This document shows, one piece after another, positions 1-12,960 of a stretch of 64,000 nucleotides of DNA (positions are counted from its first letter, which is position 1; each line of letters begins with the position of its first letter). The notes beneath the pieces were generated by a model. It ran no database searches and was not told the origin of the DNA. It was given only the letters and a program-made list of their open reading frames with translations. This stretch comes from Eledone cirrhosa (Eukaryota): positions 48,422,001-48,486,000 of the forward strand of contig OZ024751.1 of NCBI GenBank assembly GCA_964016885.1. The letters are read 5' to 3'. Made by a program: the position numbers and the translations under genes.

Positions 1-90
1 CTCGATATGCAAATTAGGCTGCTCAGCCGTTAATATGCATAAGGAAAGTATATACTTTCAGACGTTCAATCATCTGGCAGGAAGGTATAC

Positions 91-190
91 GTTGCTGACG
101 ATAGCTAATAAGCTTGAAACTAGACAGCGTTCCTTTGTCAGAGTTGAACAAATGAGCAACGATGGTTGCTAGACACTGTCTGGCTTAATT
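91..190 (+). ncRNA. Degenerate hammerhead-like motif
   Basis: CTGACGA (95-101), short stem II agc/gct, GAAAC (116-120); stem I/III pairing ambiguous; lies upstream of a (TA)n array. Confidence 0.35.
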
Positions 191-337
191 CGGGATGTTT
201 GTTTACAAACACACTGAGCATTATAATAAATGTTCGGTGAATCCATACGTACATCTATATATGTGTGCATGTATGTATATATATATATATACATACTACT
301 GTACGTCTGTATACATATATGTATGTACGTATACATA

Positions 338-463
<126 letters not shown>

Positions 464-485
464 CAGGTAAATATATATATATTTA

Positions 486-551
<66 letters not shown>

Positions 552-569
552 CATATATATATATAATTT

Positions 570-632
570 AGTCCAGAAATAGCTGTCGAAACGGCTTGAG
601 CTCTGCCGTAGGGATTATTGACGCTTTTCCTA
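570..632. mobile_element. Single arm of the fold-back mini-element family (see 11419)
   Basis: agtccagaaatagctgtcgaaacggcttgagctctgccgtagggat closely matches the reverse complement of 11419-11477; flanked by TA-rich DNA. Confidence 0.75.
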
Positions 633-820
633 CATATATGTATATATGCATTAATATTTTTTTAATATCTATTAATGTTTTCTTTATATTTTTCTTCTTT
701 CTCATCATATTCACAATAATAATAATAATAAAAATATCATATTGATTAAACATAATATAAAAATAATAAAATAAAATAAACATAACATAATAACAATCAT
801 AAATATCATCATTATTATTA

Positions 821-1097
821 TAGGCTAGCTAACTTGAGGAGAGGGGTGCTCTCCATGGGTGCCCTAGAAGCGCAGGGTTGTTCAGGATTGGTGGGGTACC
901 CGAGTCACCCCAGGGTCGTCCACCCCCTATCGGGGAATTTATTTTGTTATATTTATGCATAGTTTATTTTATATTTTTATATCTTCATTGTCAAATTAGT
1001 CTTGCCATTGTGCACTTTTACTCGACCTTATTGTAAACCCCCACTGTCCCTGTCTTTGTATTGTCCCTTACATGTCGGCCCTTGTGGTTAATAAATA
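821..1097 (+). mobile_element. 3' UTR fragment of a Tx1-like LINE
   Basis: Ends cccttgtggttaataaa like the adjacent copy at 1105-1425; taaatatcatcattat repeated at 800-815 and 1092-1107 (TSD-like). Confidence 0.6.
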
Positions 1098-1104
1098 TCA
1101 TCAT

Positions 1105-1425
1105 TATGAAAGATCGGTGAGAGAGGCAAGAATGGCCCGAGTGAATGGGCCTACACTGAGTATGTGTCTGTAAATTAAAGGTGGAAAACTGGGAGAGGGC
1201 ACTTGCCCTGGTGGTCAGGGTCACTGTGGCTTTTAATGGGCTTTCTCCACGAATGTCCCTCGGAAGTCTCCCCCCTATTGGGGAATTTTTCATTGCTATT
1301 TTTTTTATTACATCCTTTGTTTTTTGTTTTTTACACACAGAAATGCTCATTTGTACCGTCCTGTATTGTCCTGTACTGTCCTTAATGTCTACTTTATGTA
1401 AACCCTTGTGGTTAATAAAGAAAGC
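1105..1425 (+). mobile_element. 3' end of a Tx1-like LINE (last codons plus 3' UTR) ending in (ATT)n
   Basis: Encodes ERSVREARMARVNGPTLSMCL*, matching the C-terminus ERWVKVARMARVNGPSLYIRL* of the ORF ending at 23834; AATAAA at 1414. Confidence 0.8.
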
Positions 1426-1713
1426 ATTATTATTATTGTTATTGTTAATATTATTATTATATTTGTTATTATTTTATTATATGAAATGAAGGTAAATATT
1501 ATTGGGAATAAAGAAAACGAAACTACAACAAACACACACAAAATTATACTACTAATATATACCTAAAAATAAATATTGTGACTATTAGTTCATATATACT
1601 ACTATTAATAAAATATAATTTATTGTTTTACTAATACTGTCATCATACCTATGACTTCTACTATCTGTACATATACCACACATGAAAATATCTATTGTCA
1701 TACCGATACTGTT

Positions 1714-1802
<89 letters not shown>
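1714..1802. repeat. (ACT)n microsatellite
   Basis: Perfect trinucleotide run. Confidence 0.95.
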
Positions 1803-1806
<4 letters not shown>

Positions 1807-2039
1807 TTTATCCTTTAGTATTTACACTACTCTATATATACTATTGTATTTTCACAGTAAACACTTTATCTCACATAATATCGAATTTATGAGATTTTGA
1901 TATTATTTATTTTGAGGACAATACCTTAACATAAGTATGAGTGGCCGGTTACAGCCAGTTTGAACAGAAAGAAGTGAGAGAGTTCTGGCCGGGGTACAGC
2001 CGGTTTAAATGCAAAAGAGTTCAAGAAATAGCATGTGAA

Positions 2040-2180
2040 GGCGCATGGCTTAGTGGTTAGAACATTGGGCTTGCAATCGAAAGGTTGTGGGTTCAATTCT
2101 CGGACCGGGTGATGTGTTGTTTCCTTGAGCAAGACACTTTATTTCACGTTGCTCCAGTTTACTCAGATGTAGAAATGAAA
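2040..2180 (+). mobile_element. tRNA-derived SINE, family B (5' part)
   Basis: A box tggcttagtgg, B box ggttcaattct, then ccttgagcaagacactt; similar to 6051 and 12555. Confidence 0.75.
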
Positions 2181-2589
2181 TTACCCAAGACACCTTCAAC
2201 GAGATATACCTTGGAGGAGGTCAACTAAACCTGCATAGGTGTGAGCTGTCACACACACAAGAAATAGCTCTGGACACCAAATAGCCTGGTGCCGGCTCTG
2301 ATGATACGTACAAATGTGAACCTATGATTAGTGAGGATACAAGAACTGTATGTTCCGTTTTGATACACAACTCCTCGATAGTCAAAGAAAACTGTCAACA
2401 TCACCTTCACACTTGATGTGATTTTACTTCACACTTGATGTGATTTTACTTCACACTTGATGTGATTTTGGGGGCTCTTGGGTGCGTTGGATGCTTCCAA
2501 TGAGATATCTGAGCTTTGGTCAAGTATGTAACAAGTGTGTACTACAGTTCCACTTGGCACATTTTTGTCCCCTTAACGTCATTACTCAC

Positions 2590-2995
2590 ATCTGAGACTT
2601 GGACACTGACCAAGAAACTCACTCAGATGGTGGATGAGTGCTACACGAGAATGCTGAGGATGGCTCTGAACATTAATCAGTATACACTGAGGATGAAGAA
2701 CTCAGAGCTATACGGGAGCCTCCCAAAAGTCAGTTCGAAAGTAGCACAGAGGAAACTGAGGTTAGCTGGACATGCTCACCGACATCCAGAGTTGACATTA
2801 CACTCAGAGCTCCTGTGGGAGCCCCTGCATGGACACACTGGAAGAGGGAGACCGAGGTTGACATGTGTTGATGCCCTAAGGACAGACACTGGTCTGTTGG
2901 AGACGCAGGACATGGCAGCTATAATGAGAGACAGAGACCGCTGGAAAGAACTCATCCATGGATCTCGGGAATTTTACCCGCCCTAGATAGATAAC
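2590..2995 (+). pseudogene. 3' fragment of RTE-clade LINE ORF
   Basis: SETWTLTK...RMLR...LRLAGH.HR...GRGRPRLT...DRDRW motifs typical of RTE C-termini; stop at 2984-2986 followed by tagatagata tail. Confidence 0.8.
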
Positions 2996-3389
2996 GTCAG
3001 TACTTCCCGCGGTGGAATAAAAAAAAAAAAAAACCCAAGTCGGATACTTTTTCGACTGACCTCCTATTCAATTCATATAAAAAAAAAAAAAAAAAAAAAA
3101 AAATTCGGAAAAATTCCATGGTGCGATTTCTTTGAATAATTTTTCATTAAATAACAATATCATTCTTGATTATCTTATTTCAATACCATATTTTATTATT
3201 TATTTATGCATTCATAATTATTATTTAAAAATCTCCTGATTTGATATTTTAATGGTATAATTGTTTATGTGTGAGTGAAATTATAATAATTATCTATTGA
3301 GTTAAATGTTGAACAATATAACACTTACTGCATTATTCATTTTCTTGAAGTCTAAAGGGTCCTTCTTGGTTTAATGGGTTCAATAGATT

Positions 3390-3812
3390 CCACCATAATC
3401 ACAACCACCTCCACTTCCACCACCAATACCACTACAACCACCTCCACGACCACCACCACTATCAGCACCCCACCACCACCACCACCTCTAACACCTCCAC
3501 CTCCACTACTACCACAATCACCACTACAACCACCTCCACATTCACTACCACCTCCACCACTATCACCTCCACCTCCACTACTACCACAACCACCACTACA
3601 ACCACCTCCACATTCACTACCACCTCCACCACTACCACCTCCACCTCCACTTCCACCACCAATACCACTACAACCACCTCCAACCCGACCACCACTACCA
3701 CCACTACCACCACCACCTCCACCTCTAACACCTCCATCTCCACTACTACCACAACCACTACTACAACCACCTCCACATTCACTACCACCTCCACAACCAC
3801 CACCACAACCAC

Positions 3813-3843
<31 letters not shown>

Positions 3844-4005
3844 TCGACTACCACCGCCACAACCACCTCCGCTACCACCACCACCACCACCATCACCTCC
3901 ACCTCGACTACCACCTCCACTACCACCAACACCACCTTCACCTCCACCTCCACTACTTGTACCTCCACCCCCACCCCCACCACAAATACTACTACTACTA
4001 CTACT
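3390..4005. repeat. Degenerate (CCA/CTA/CCT)n low-complexity tract
   Basis: Imperfect trinucleotide repeat with internal duplications; poly-Pro ORF is an artefact. Confidence 0.9.
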
Positions 4006-4174
4006 TAAGACCTATCTACCGTTTATTAATTCATCCATTTATTAAAGCATCCATTTTCCGCTCATTATTTATTTACCAGCTTTAAATTCTATTGCTAGAC
4101 CGACATGGTCTCTGTCACCCCCCCCCCCCATACCAATTGTCCTCTTTTCATTATAAATTCAGGTCATTATATCT

Positions 4175-4370
4175 AGGGCGGTAGATTGGCAGTATCGGTA
4201 GAGGGTCGGACGCCATGCTTTGACGCATAGAGTTACGACCCTTGCCATTCTGAGTTCAAATCCCTCCGAGGTTGACTTTGCCTTTCATCCTTACGGGGTC
4301 AATAAAATAAAGTACCAGTAATGCACTGGGTAATTTGCTGGCCTTGTGCCAAACGTAGAAACAATTATTA
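4175..4370 (+). mobile_element. tRNA-derived SINE, family A
   Basis: tggcagtatcgg A box, gagttcaaatcc B box, central ctttgcctttcatccttacggggtc domain (Deu/Nin-like), tail gaaacaattatta. Confidence 0.9.
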
Positions 4371-4376
4371 CTATGA

Positions 4377-4547
4377 GGGCGGTGGATTGACGCCATGCTT
4401 TGACGCATAGAGTTACGGCCCTTGCCATTCTGAGTTCAAATCCCGCCGAGGTTAACTTTGCCTTTCATCCTTACGGGGTCGATAAAATAAAGTACCAGTA
4501 ATACACTGGATAATTGCTGGCCTTGTGCCAAAAGTAGAAACAATTAT
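4377..4547 (+). mobile_element. SINE family A, tandem second copy with 5' internal deletion
   Basis: Near-identical to 4175 copy but lacks gcagtatcggtagagggtcg. Confidence 0.9.
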
Positions 4548-4922
4548 ATCTCTTCTGTTTTACAGAGTTCTCTCCACTTTCATCTCTGGTCGCCATTATG
4601 ATTGTTGGTATTTTGACTTTGAGAATGTTATAGTACTGTGTGACGTTAACATGATGGCTGCCAAAGGATCGCATTCGTGGATTTGAAATAGTTGAAGCTC
4701 TCACTTAAATTTGATCCTGCAATCACCACCGACATCAATACACATGTGGTAGCAGAGAAAGAGGCTTAACCTTTGTGGAGTTGTAGGGATGCCATCATTA
4801 AATACGGTGTATCTTGGGCATTTATACCCAGAGGAGCCGATCTCCCACTAGATCGGCACACACTCTGCTTCATTCAGAGAGAAAGAGGAAGAGAAAGAGG
4901 GAGGAAAAGTGAGAGTAAAAGA

Positions 4923-4962
<40 letters not shown>

Positions 4963-4964
4963 TA

Positions 4965-5133
4965 TAGAGGAAGAATTGACCTCAGTACTGGACTGTTACT
5001 TTATTTATCGACCTCGAGAGGATGAAAGGCAAAGTTGACTTTAGAACGGTTTGAACTCAGAGTGTAGAGTGCCGGAAATTAGATTGTAAAGCATTCTATT
5101 CGACATTCTAACCACTCTGCCATTTAACCGCCT

Positions 5134-5135
<2 letters not shown>
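4965..5135 (-). mobile_element. Older, diverged SINE family A relative
   Basis: ggatgaaaggcaaagttgac and ttgaactcag, the reverse complement of the family A core. Confidence 0.7.
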
Positions 5136-5194
<59 letters not shown>

Positions 5195-5386
5195 CTTATT
5201 TTGTTTGACGCGTTTAGCTTGTTCGCTTTTTTGGCTAAGGTGGTTAATGGATTCTTAACCATCGTCTCAGTTTGTATGACCATTTTAACTTATGTTTATA
5301 GCTCTGGTATCTTCCTATCCATGGAGCGCTTGTCTGCACAATACAGAAGTTTCGCCAATTTCTACCCGCCGAAATGCGATTCTCGC

Positions 5387-5460
<74 letters not shown>

Positions 5461-5512
5461 TACATATATATATACACACACACATACATACACACTCAGC
5501 CACACATACACA

Positions 5513-5549
<37 letters not shown>

Positions 5550-6050
5550 CTGTCACACAGACAAATATAATAATATTTCATAAGATATATATGAATAGAT
5601 ATCATAAATTATTAATGGTTTTATTTTGTTCACCTCTTAGAAAACTCGATAGGAAAATTACAACAGAGTATCGAAATTTCTTTTCACAGTTATTTATCAT
5701 CTATATTTATGGAGAGAAATTTATATAATAGAATTGACATTGAATTTAACCCTGCTCTCTCTTCCCCATCGACATCATCTTCCAAACCACAGAGCTAACA
5801 TAGAATAGGTGCTGTCGAATATATATCCGGGGAGATGAAACAGTTCTGTATGCACCCGTTCAGTGTCCGATGATTGGTGACTTGTGGAAGTATGTCAAAC
5901 AGTTATTATTGCGTTTAGGAGGGACCATTGGATGAGGGACCGTTTAGGGTGAGGCCATTGCAAATATATCTTGACCGCATTTCTTTAGCCATGGAGGACA
6001 TAGGACATGTAGGTTTCTTCTTATTGGAGGTCGCAAAGGTCAGGTAGTGA

Positions 6051-6170
6051 AGGCGTGTGGCTGAGTGGTTAGAGAATTGGATTCGCAATCGTAAGGTTGT
6101 GAGTTCGATTCTTGGACCAGGCGATGCATTATGTCCTTGAGTAAGACGCTTTATTTCACGTTGCTCCTTC
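6051..6170 (+). mobile_element. SINE family B
   Basis: tggctgagtgg / gagttcgattct boxes; gtccttgagtaagacgctttatttcacgttgctcc. Confidence 0.75.
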
Positions 6171-7241
6171 TACCTGGAGCTGCGACCGATAGATAGTATT
6201 AGCAATTGGAAACATTGTTTCCTCGGTCCGATTTGACGAAAGTCGATCGATAAATTATTATAAAGGTCAGGTAGTATTTTTCTCAGTTTGGAGACCATGA
6301 TGCCAAAAACCTTATATAGTGAACAACTTCTTCAAGTGCCACTTGGATAATAAGGTGAGGGTAGAGACGATTATTCTGCCCTTCAGTGAATTTTCTAAAA
6401 GTTGAATGACAATAGCATAAATGCTCCACGTGAAAGTACCTAACATCTAGCATGTGTATGTTGATCAGAGAACATAGATGAGAGAGAACATATAGCTTTG
6501 TTAGTCAGGGTATTGCAATATTTACGAGGGTTCCTTGTTAGGACCTAGTTGCTATTACTGTAATGGGACCTGTCATTTAATGTAATATATAGAATTTTGT
6601 TCTCACAAAAAGACAACAACAGTAACAGCAGTAGCGAAAACAAAAAAATCAAAAACGGTAGGCACCAGAGCTGAAGATCATGGCGGCTTCCAGAGTACTT
6701 CTGGGCGTAACTCTGAGATTAGCCATATATACTCTTGGCCACGTTACCTACCTTAAAGATCACCCACCTGAAGGGTTTATCTGAGCAGAATATTATCTGA
6801 TTAATGAGGTGGCGGTTTCTTACATTTGTGTATGTGTGTATGCGTATGTGTATATGGTATATGTATGCGTGTGTTTTGATCTCTATTTGTATGTGTGTTT
6901 CATGTTTAAGCTATAATATAATTTATTACATCTTTGCCCGCCCCAGTTTGTCTCTCTCTCTCTATATATATATGAAAGGACGTGTGTGTGTGTGAAAATC
7001 CCTACATATTTTGTTTTTAAACCCTTTTCTATGAAACGAGTGGTACTGTATGTATTGGTTCTTGTGGCCAATAAAAGGGGATGTTGTTGTAATAACCTAG
7101 TATAATTAGAGTTAGATGATCAATATAAAAATAAACTCCGATTAAACCGAGAATGAATACAAAACAAAAAAACAAAACACAGCAGAAAGAATAGCAACAC
7201 TAAAGCAAACTGAATAATTTTCAATTGATCTTTTGACGATA

Positions 7242-7272
<31 letters not shown>

Positions 7273-8207
7273 ATTGATGAAACACATAAATAAATAAACA
7301 AATAAATCAATAAGGAAATAAATAAAGTAATTAATTAATCTATATAAAGACATTTACACAAAATAAAATTTGAACGAAATAAATTTAATTAAAAATATAT
7401 ATATAACAAAATATTAAATAGAATTCTGACAGGATGAAAATAAATATTTAAAGAATATACATAATGTTTGGGAAAAAGGAAAGAAGAAAGAATATTCGAA
7501 GTTAAACAAATTAAAACATATTTAAAAATATGGCCGCCATAAATCACAGCAGCGGCCATTTTAGCTTTTGTTGAAGGATTTCTAGTCGTTGATTGGTGTA
7601 AGCTATGGAAACGTCAAATAGAAAGTAAGGCGCTGTAAACGCAAATTCACACAAAATTACATTGATAATTAATCTGGTTTAGTTTATTTTGGATTAAATA
7701 ATTTGCTTTTATTTTTCAGTAGAGAGTGTTTTAAATGGCGAATAAGGTATTTATTAATACGTCGGGTAGAAACTTTACGGCATGCGTTCTGTCTCACAGT
7801 ACTCTGAGTATTAATTCTCCTGGAGTTTATTTCACCTGTCATCCTTTTGAGGTTGATAAATAAAGTACAATTCTAATACTATAGTCAGTTCTTCCTCTAT
7901 ATCTTTCTCTTTTTCTCTCTCCCTTCCCTCTATTGCTTTTTTTTTTAATTTCTTTTGTGCGGCCTTTCTTTCGTTTTCGAAGTAATCAGCTGTGTCCAGT
8001 TCTGGAGACAGATGGGCCCCACCAGGTTTAAATAGTAAAGATAGGCCAACACGACTACAACCAGAAGTTAAGGGCCTACAGATGAAGAGCGTATCTATTT
8101 GTTGTATTTATTATTTTTTTGTTTCCTGTTGTTATTATAGTCGTCATTGCTGTCGTTGTAGATGTCATAGTTATTATTACTGACGTTGTGATTGTCGTTA
8201 TTATCAT

Positions 8208-8405
8208 TGCGGTGGATTGGCAGTATCGGTAGAGGGTCGGACGCCATGCTTTGCATGCAGTAAAGAGTTACGGCCCTTTATGGTCTGAGTTCAAATCCCG
8301 TCGAGGTTAACTTTGCCTTTCATCCTTACGGGGTCGATAAAATAAATTACCAGTAATACACTGGGATAATTGCTGGCCTTGTGCCAAAAGTAGAAACAGT
8401 TATTA
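8208..8405 (+). mobile_element. SINE family A
   Basis: Full-length match to 4175 and 60629 copies. Confidence 0.9.
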
Positions 8406-8740
8406 TCATTGCTGTTAAGCGACGAATTGGTAGAGCTGTTAGAGGGTCAGATGGAACGGCTTATGGCAACAATATATCAATGACTCCAAGACGATCTAGA
8501 GATCATTGGACAAAATGCCTTTCGTTAATTCTTCTGGATCTGTATATTCAGAGTTCAGATTCGTCTTTCAGGCTTCCGGAGCGATTAAATCGATCACCGG
8601 TCAAGAAGTGGGTTCTCTCTCTATATATATATATGCATATATACACTCTACCGACGGAACGGCTCTACGCATGACGATGATATGGGATCGCTGTCTTAGG
8701 ATACCCCCGGCCTCGTCGATCTAGAACAAGAAGACGAGGA

Positions 8741-8811
<71 letters not shown>

Positions 8812-8817
<6 letters not shown>

Positions 8818-9365
8818 TTGGAGCTCTGAAATAGCAATATATATATGGATGTGTATATAATGTATTTTGCAATACACTTTATGCTTAAAAGCATTTTGAA
8901 GACCGTAAGCTATTGTTTTAAAGTAGTGACAAATTCACAGATCAAAGTGAGTGAATTTGTCACTACTTTAAAACAATAGCTTACAATCTTCAAAATGCTT
9001 TTAATTAAGCATAAAGTGTATTGCAAAATACATTATATATACATCCACATATATATTGCTATTTCAGAGCTCCAATTCTAATTTTTAATTTCTGCCTGAC
9101 CAACAACCGCTCTGCATAATCAGCTCCTGATTATTTACTAGATTTCTATAAGAATATAACATCATTGATCTCAGTAGACAGGTGGGGTAGTTGGCCTTGA
9201 TAAGCTTCAACCAAAGCGAAACATGTCATGTCGGCTTATCTCCCCTGTTTGCTGAGATCAAAGTGAGTGAATTTGTCACTACTTTAAAACAATAGCTTAC
9301 GGTCTTCAAAATGCTTTTAATTAAGCATAAAGTGTATTGCAAAATACATTATATATACATCCATA
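8812..9365 (+). mobile_element. Non-coding HHR-bearing mini-element (retrozyme-like): inverted arm plus about 1.3 copies of a 316-bp unit
   Basis: 8812-8938 is inverted relative to about 8952-9082; 8939-9050 is repeated at 9255-9365; flanked by (TA)n; homologous to 27040-27495. Confidence 0.8.
9165..9261 (+). ncRNA. Type I hammerhead ribozyme, U3-A8 core variant
   Basis: gcc-TTGATAA-gctt(caacca)aagc-GAA-acatgtcatgt-C-ggc; cleavage triplet GUC at 9230-9232; outer stem 9165-9182/9244-9261. Confidence 0.8.
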
Positions 9366-9460
9366 TATATATATATTTAAACTCTTTCCTCCTCCATCCA
9401 AGCTTTTGGCCTCGTGCTTAAGATAACAGTTGTTATTATCATTGTTGTTGTTGTTGTTGT

Positions 9461-9665
9461 TAGGGCGGGGGATTGGCAGTATTGGTAGAGCATATATATA
9501 GAGTTACTACCCATTACGATGTGAGTTCAAATGCAGCCAAGGTTAGCTTTGCTTTTCATCTTTACAAGGTCGATAAAATAAAGTACCAGTAACGTACTGG
9601 GGTTGATAACATCGACCTTTCCCCACCAAAAAAATGTTTTGTCTTGTGGCTAAATCAGACACCAT
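9461..9665 (+). mobile_element. SINE family A, diverged
   Basis: gattggcagtattggtagag, gagttcaaat, gtcgataaaataaagtaccagt. Confidence 0.8.
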
Positions 9666-10096
9666 TCACAATGTTGAATATCTTTAAATTTGCACTATCT
9701 AATATAATTAGCGTTCATTGATTACATTATCTAATCATTTGTAGATTAAATTACTTGTACATTAGATTCGGATAGGGAGGAAATTTAACTGCTACTTTTA
9801 GCATCTAGAGTGAGACCATGTAGAGGCTATAATATGCGTTTATTGGCTTGTGTTTTTGTGTAATACATCCGCCATTTTCCAATATTTGTTGCTGCCGTTG
9901 AAATTGTATAAAACTGAATGAGGAATTAATTAAATCTCTTTAGGTCTGATAAAATTATTTTTAATTTACATTTGTTGTGTTTGCTGTTGTTGTTGCTGTT
10001 CCTGTTGTTGTTGTTATTGTTGGTTTTCCATGCTTCTCTTGTTGAAACACATCAAAACATCATAACATTGCCATCTTGTTTACACACACATACATG

Positions 10097-10232
<136 letters not shown>

Positions 10233-10451
10233 GTATATATATATATATATATATACAAATATATATATATATATATATATACTATACATTCGTTCCTAAA
10301 ATATGATTTTGCTGACAGAAACATTTCTTAACATGGTACATTCTGGGTATATTGTTGAAATGAGTCCGTGTTTAATAAAGTTACATTTCTGTTACATAAC
10401 AGCGTCTCTCAATATTTGAATTCTAATCAGTTAAAGACGAATTAATACAAT

Positions 10452-10482
<31 letters not shown>

Positions 10483-10649
10483 ATGATATGCATGAAAGAA
10501 ATATTGTTTGTTCTCTCTCTCTATATATATATATATATACATACAACTAAACGTACATAAATATGCATTCATAAGTATCTATCAGTCTGTATATATATCA
10601 ATTTATCTATCTAACTATACAAGTCTCTCTCTTTCCCTCTTCCTCTTTT

Positions 10650-10807
<158 letters not shown>

Positions 10808-10937
10808 CACACATACATTCATACATATGTATATATATATATGTCTGTGCTAGCATAAGTAGAAATATGCTTATTGAATCATAAAGATGCGTTTGCGCTT
10901 GCACGCATAATATATTGCGTATATATGTATGTGTGCG

Positions 10938-10990
<53 letters not shown>

Positions 10991-11005
10991 CCACGCACAG
11001 ACACA

Positions 11006-11068
<63 letters not shown>

Positions 11069-11299
11069 ATTTGGAAGGTGTGTGCTTGTGAGTGTGCATG
11101 TACATTGAAATAAATTTATTAATTTTGGAATCACTAAAGGAAATAACCATTGTACTTGCAACAACTGCATATAACAATGAAATAATTTGTATATCTACAG
11201 TCACAGATATATATTTATATGTACAATATACACACACTCAAAAAGACGTATGGAAGATAAATGCCTACAGGTTTTATACAAATATGCATAAATATATTT

Positions 11300-11405
11300 A
11301 ATAATTGTTTCTACTTTGGGCACAAGGGGATTTGAACTCAGACCATAAAGGGCCTTAACTCTTTGCTGCAAAGCATGGCGTCTGACCCTCTATCGATACT
11401 GCCAT
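11300..11405 (-). mobile_element. SINE family A with internal deletion
   Basis: Tail and head match; central domain missing. Confidence 0.75.
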
Positions 11406-11418
11406 ATATATATATACA

Positions 11419-11598
11419 TAGGAAAATGTTTAACCCCGACAGCAGAGCTCAAGCCGTTTCGACGGCTATTTCTGGACTGAAATAGCTGTCGAAACGGCTT
11501 GAGCTCTGCCGTCGGGGTTAAATATTTTCCTATTACCCACTCTACTACTCTAAGTATTGAGTACTCTGGTGCGTTATGGTCCATATATATTCCTTCGT

Positions 11599-11599
<1 letters not shown>
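11419..11599 (+). mobile_element. Fold-back mini-element carrying the 3' half of a hammerhead
   Basis: Palindrome 11419-11532 centred on gacggctatttc-tggact-gaaatagctgtc, then GAA-acggc(ttgagctct)gccgt-C-gggg, plus unique 3' tail; in (TA)n. Confidence 0.8.
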
Positions 11600-11674
<75 letters not shown>

Positions 11675-11708
11675 GTCTATATACATACTACACACATATA
11701 TCTCTCTT

Positions 11709-11823
<115 letters not shown>

Positions 11824-11904
11824 CAGGTATATACATATATATACAAGTATGGATACATTCGAAAGAAAAGTGCAGGGGATATAAATATGGAAGTAACACT
11901 TAAC

Positions 11905-11958
11905 TCTGCATACTAACAGTTTCAGAACGCATACACATCTATCATCAGAAGCACACTA
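11905..11958 (-). ncRNA. Minimal type I hammerhead-like motif
   Basis: Minus strand: tgctt-CTGATGA-tagatgtgtatgcgttct-GAA-actgttagt-A-tgca; stem I weak. Confidence 0.5.
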
Positions 11959-12554
11959 ACACACACACACACGCACACACCTTCACACACACACATACAC
12001 GCACTCATACATACATAATAGGTGTGAGTATAGCCAAAGGTGATATATATTGGGAGACAAAGTTATTTACATGTCCATTGTTAACACATTATTACCATAA
12101 TATATCCTAACAACATTGCTATTGCAGTTATTATACAGCTATTTATTCAGAACTGTTTTACTTTTAATCCTAAAAGCTTACGCTCGGCCAATTGAACGTA
12201 CGCCATGTTTGTTCAACACAGCATGCCACCATGTTGAATAAAACCAGCAGATGCTACAAAGTTTAATCTTAGCCTATTATTTCATTGCATTATATTTATA
12301 ATAGCTGTCGAACGTAAATCAATATTCTAACCATATATGTGTTTGTGATAGTTAAGATCATTTATGTGTTGCTTCAATAATTAATTAATTAATTAATTTA
12401 CTAATTAGGTTTTAATGAGACAGCACATTTCAAAAGACATATAACCTACACTAGTTAAACAACGTCATCTGAAGGGTTTTCACAGCCGCTTTTCAGTATG
12501 GAGCTGAAGCGTAAATGCGTGGTTCACTGCACTTTAAACTTAGCAAATAAGGAT

Positions 12555-12960
12555 GACGGGTAGCTTAGTGGTTACGGTGTTTAGTTCACAATTTTAAGGT
12601 CGTGACTTCCATTCCCAGCAGCTCATTGTGTCCTCGATGAAAACACTTTATATCACATTACTCCGCTCCCCTCAGCTGGCAAAAATGAGTTGTACCTATA
12701 ATTAAAAGGGCCAGCCTTGAGAATAGTGTTAAAGATGAACGTATCCGTAGAATGCTGAACGATTTTATCGTTAATTCATCGGGCAGGAAGTTTCAACAAC
12801 AGGGTGCGGCATAGCCAAGTGATTAAGAAGTTTGTTTCGTAATCATGAGATTTGAAATTCGGCCACGTTGCATGACATCTTGGGTAAGTGTCAATTTCCA
12901 TAGCCTCGAGTCGACCCACACATTGTGATTGAAATTGGGTAGATGGAAAGTTTTTGGAAG
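12555..12960 (+). mobile_element. Diverged tRNA-derived SINE fragments (family B-like)
   Basis: tagcttagtggtta and aacactttatatcac; second head near 12805. Confidence 0.55.

Noticed and set aside
4175-4270. tRNA gene calls for A/B-box sequences
   Set aside because: Boxes continue into a multicopy SINE body with TSDs; no clean cloverleaf
5195-5390. TA-flanked insert with aaacgcgtc and gaaac motifs on the minus strand
   Set aside because: No matching CTGANGA strand with stem I; too degenerate to call
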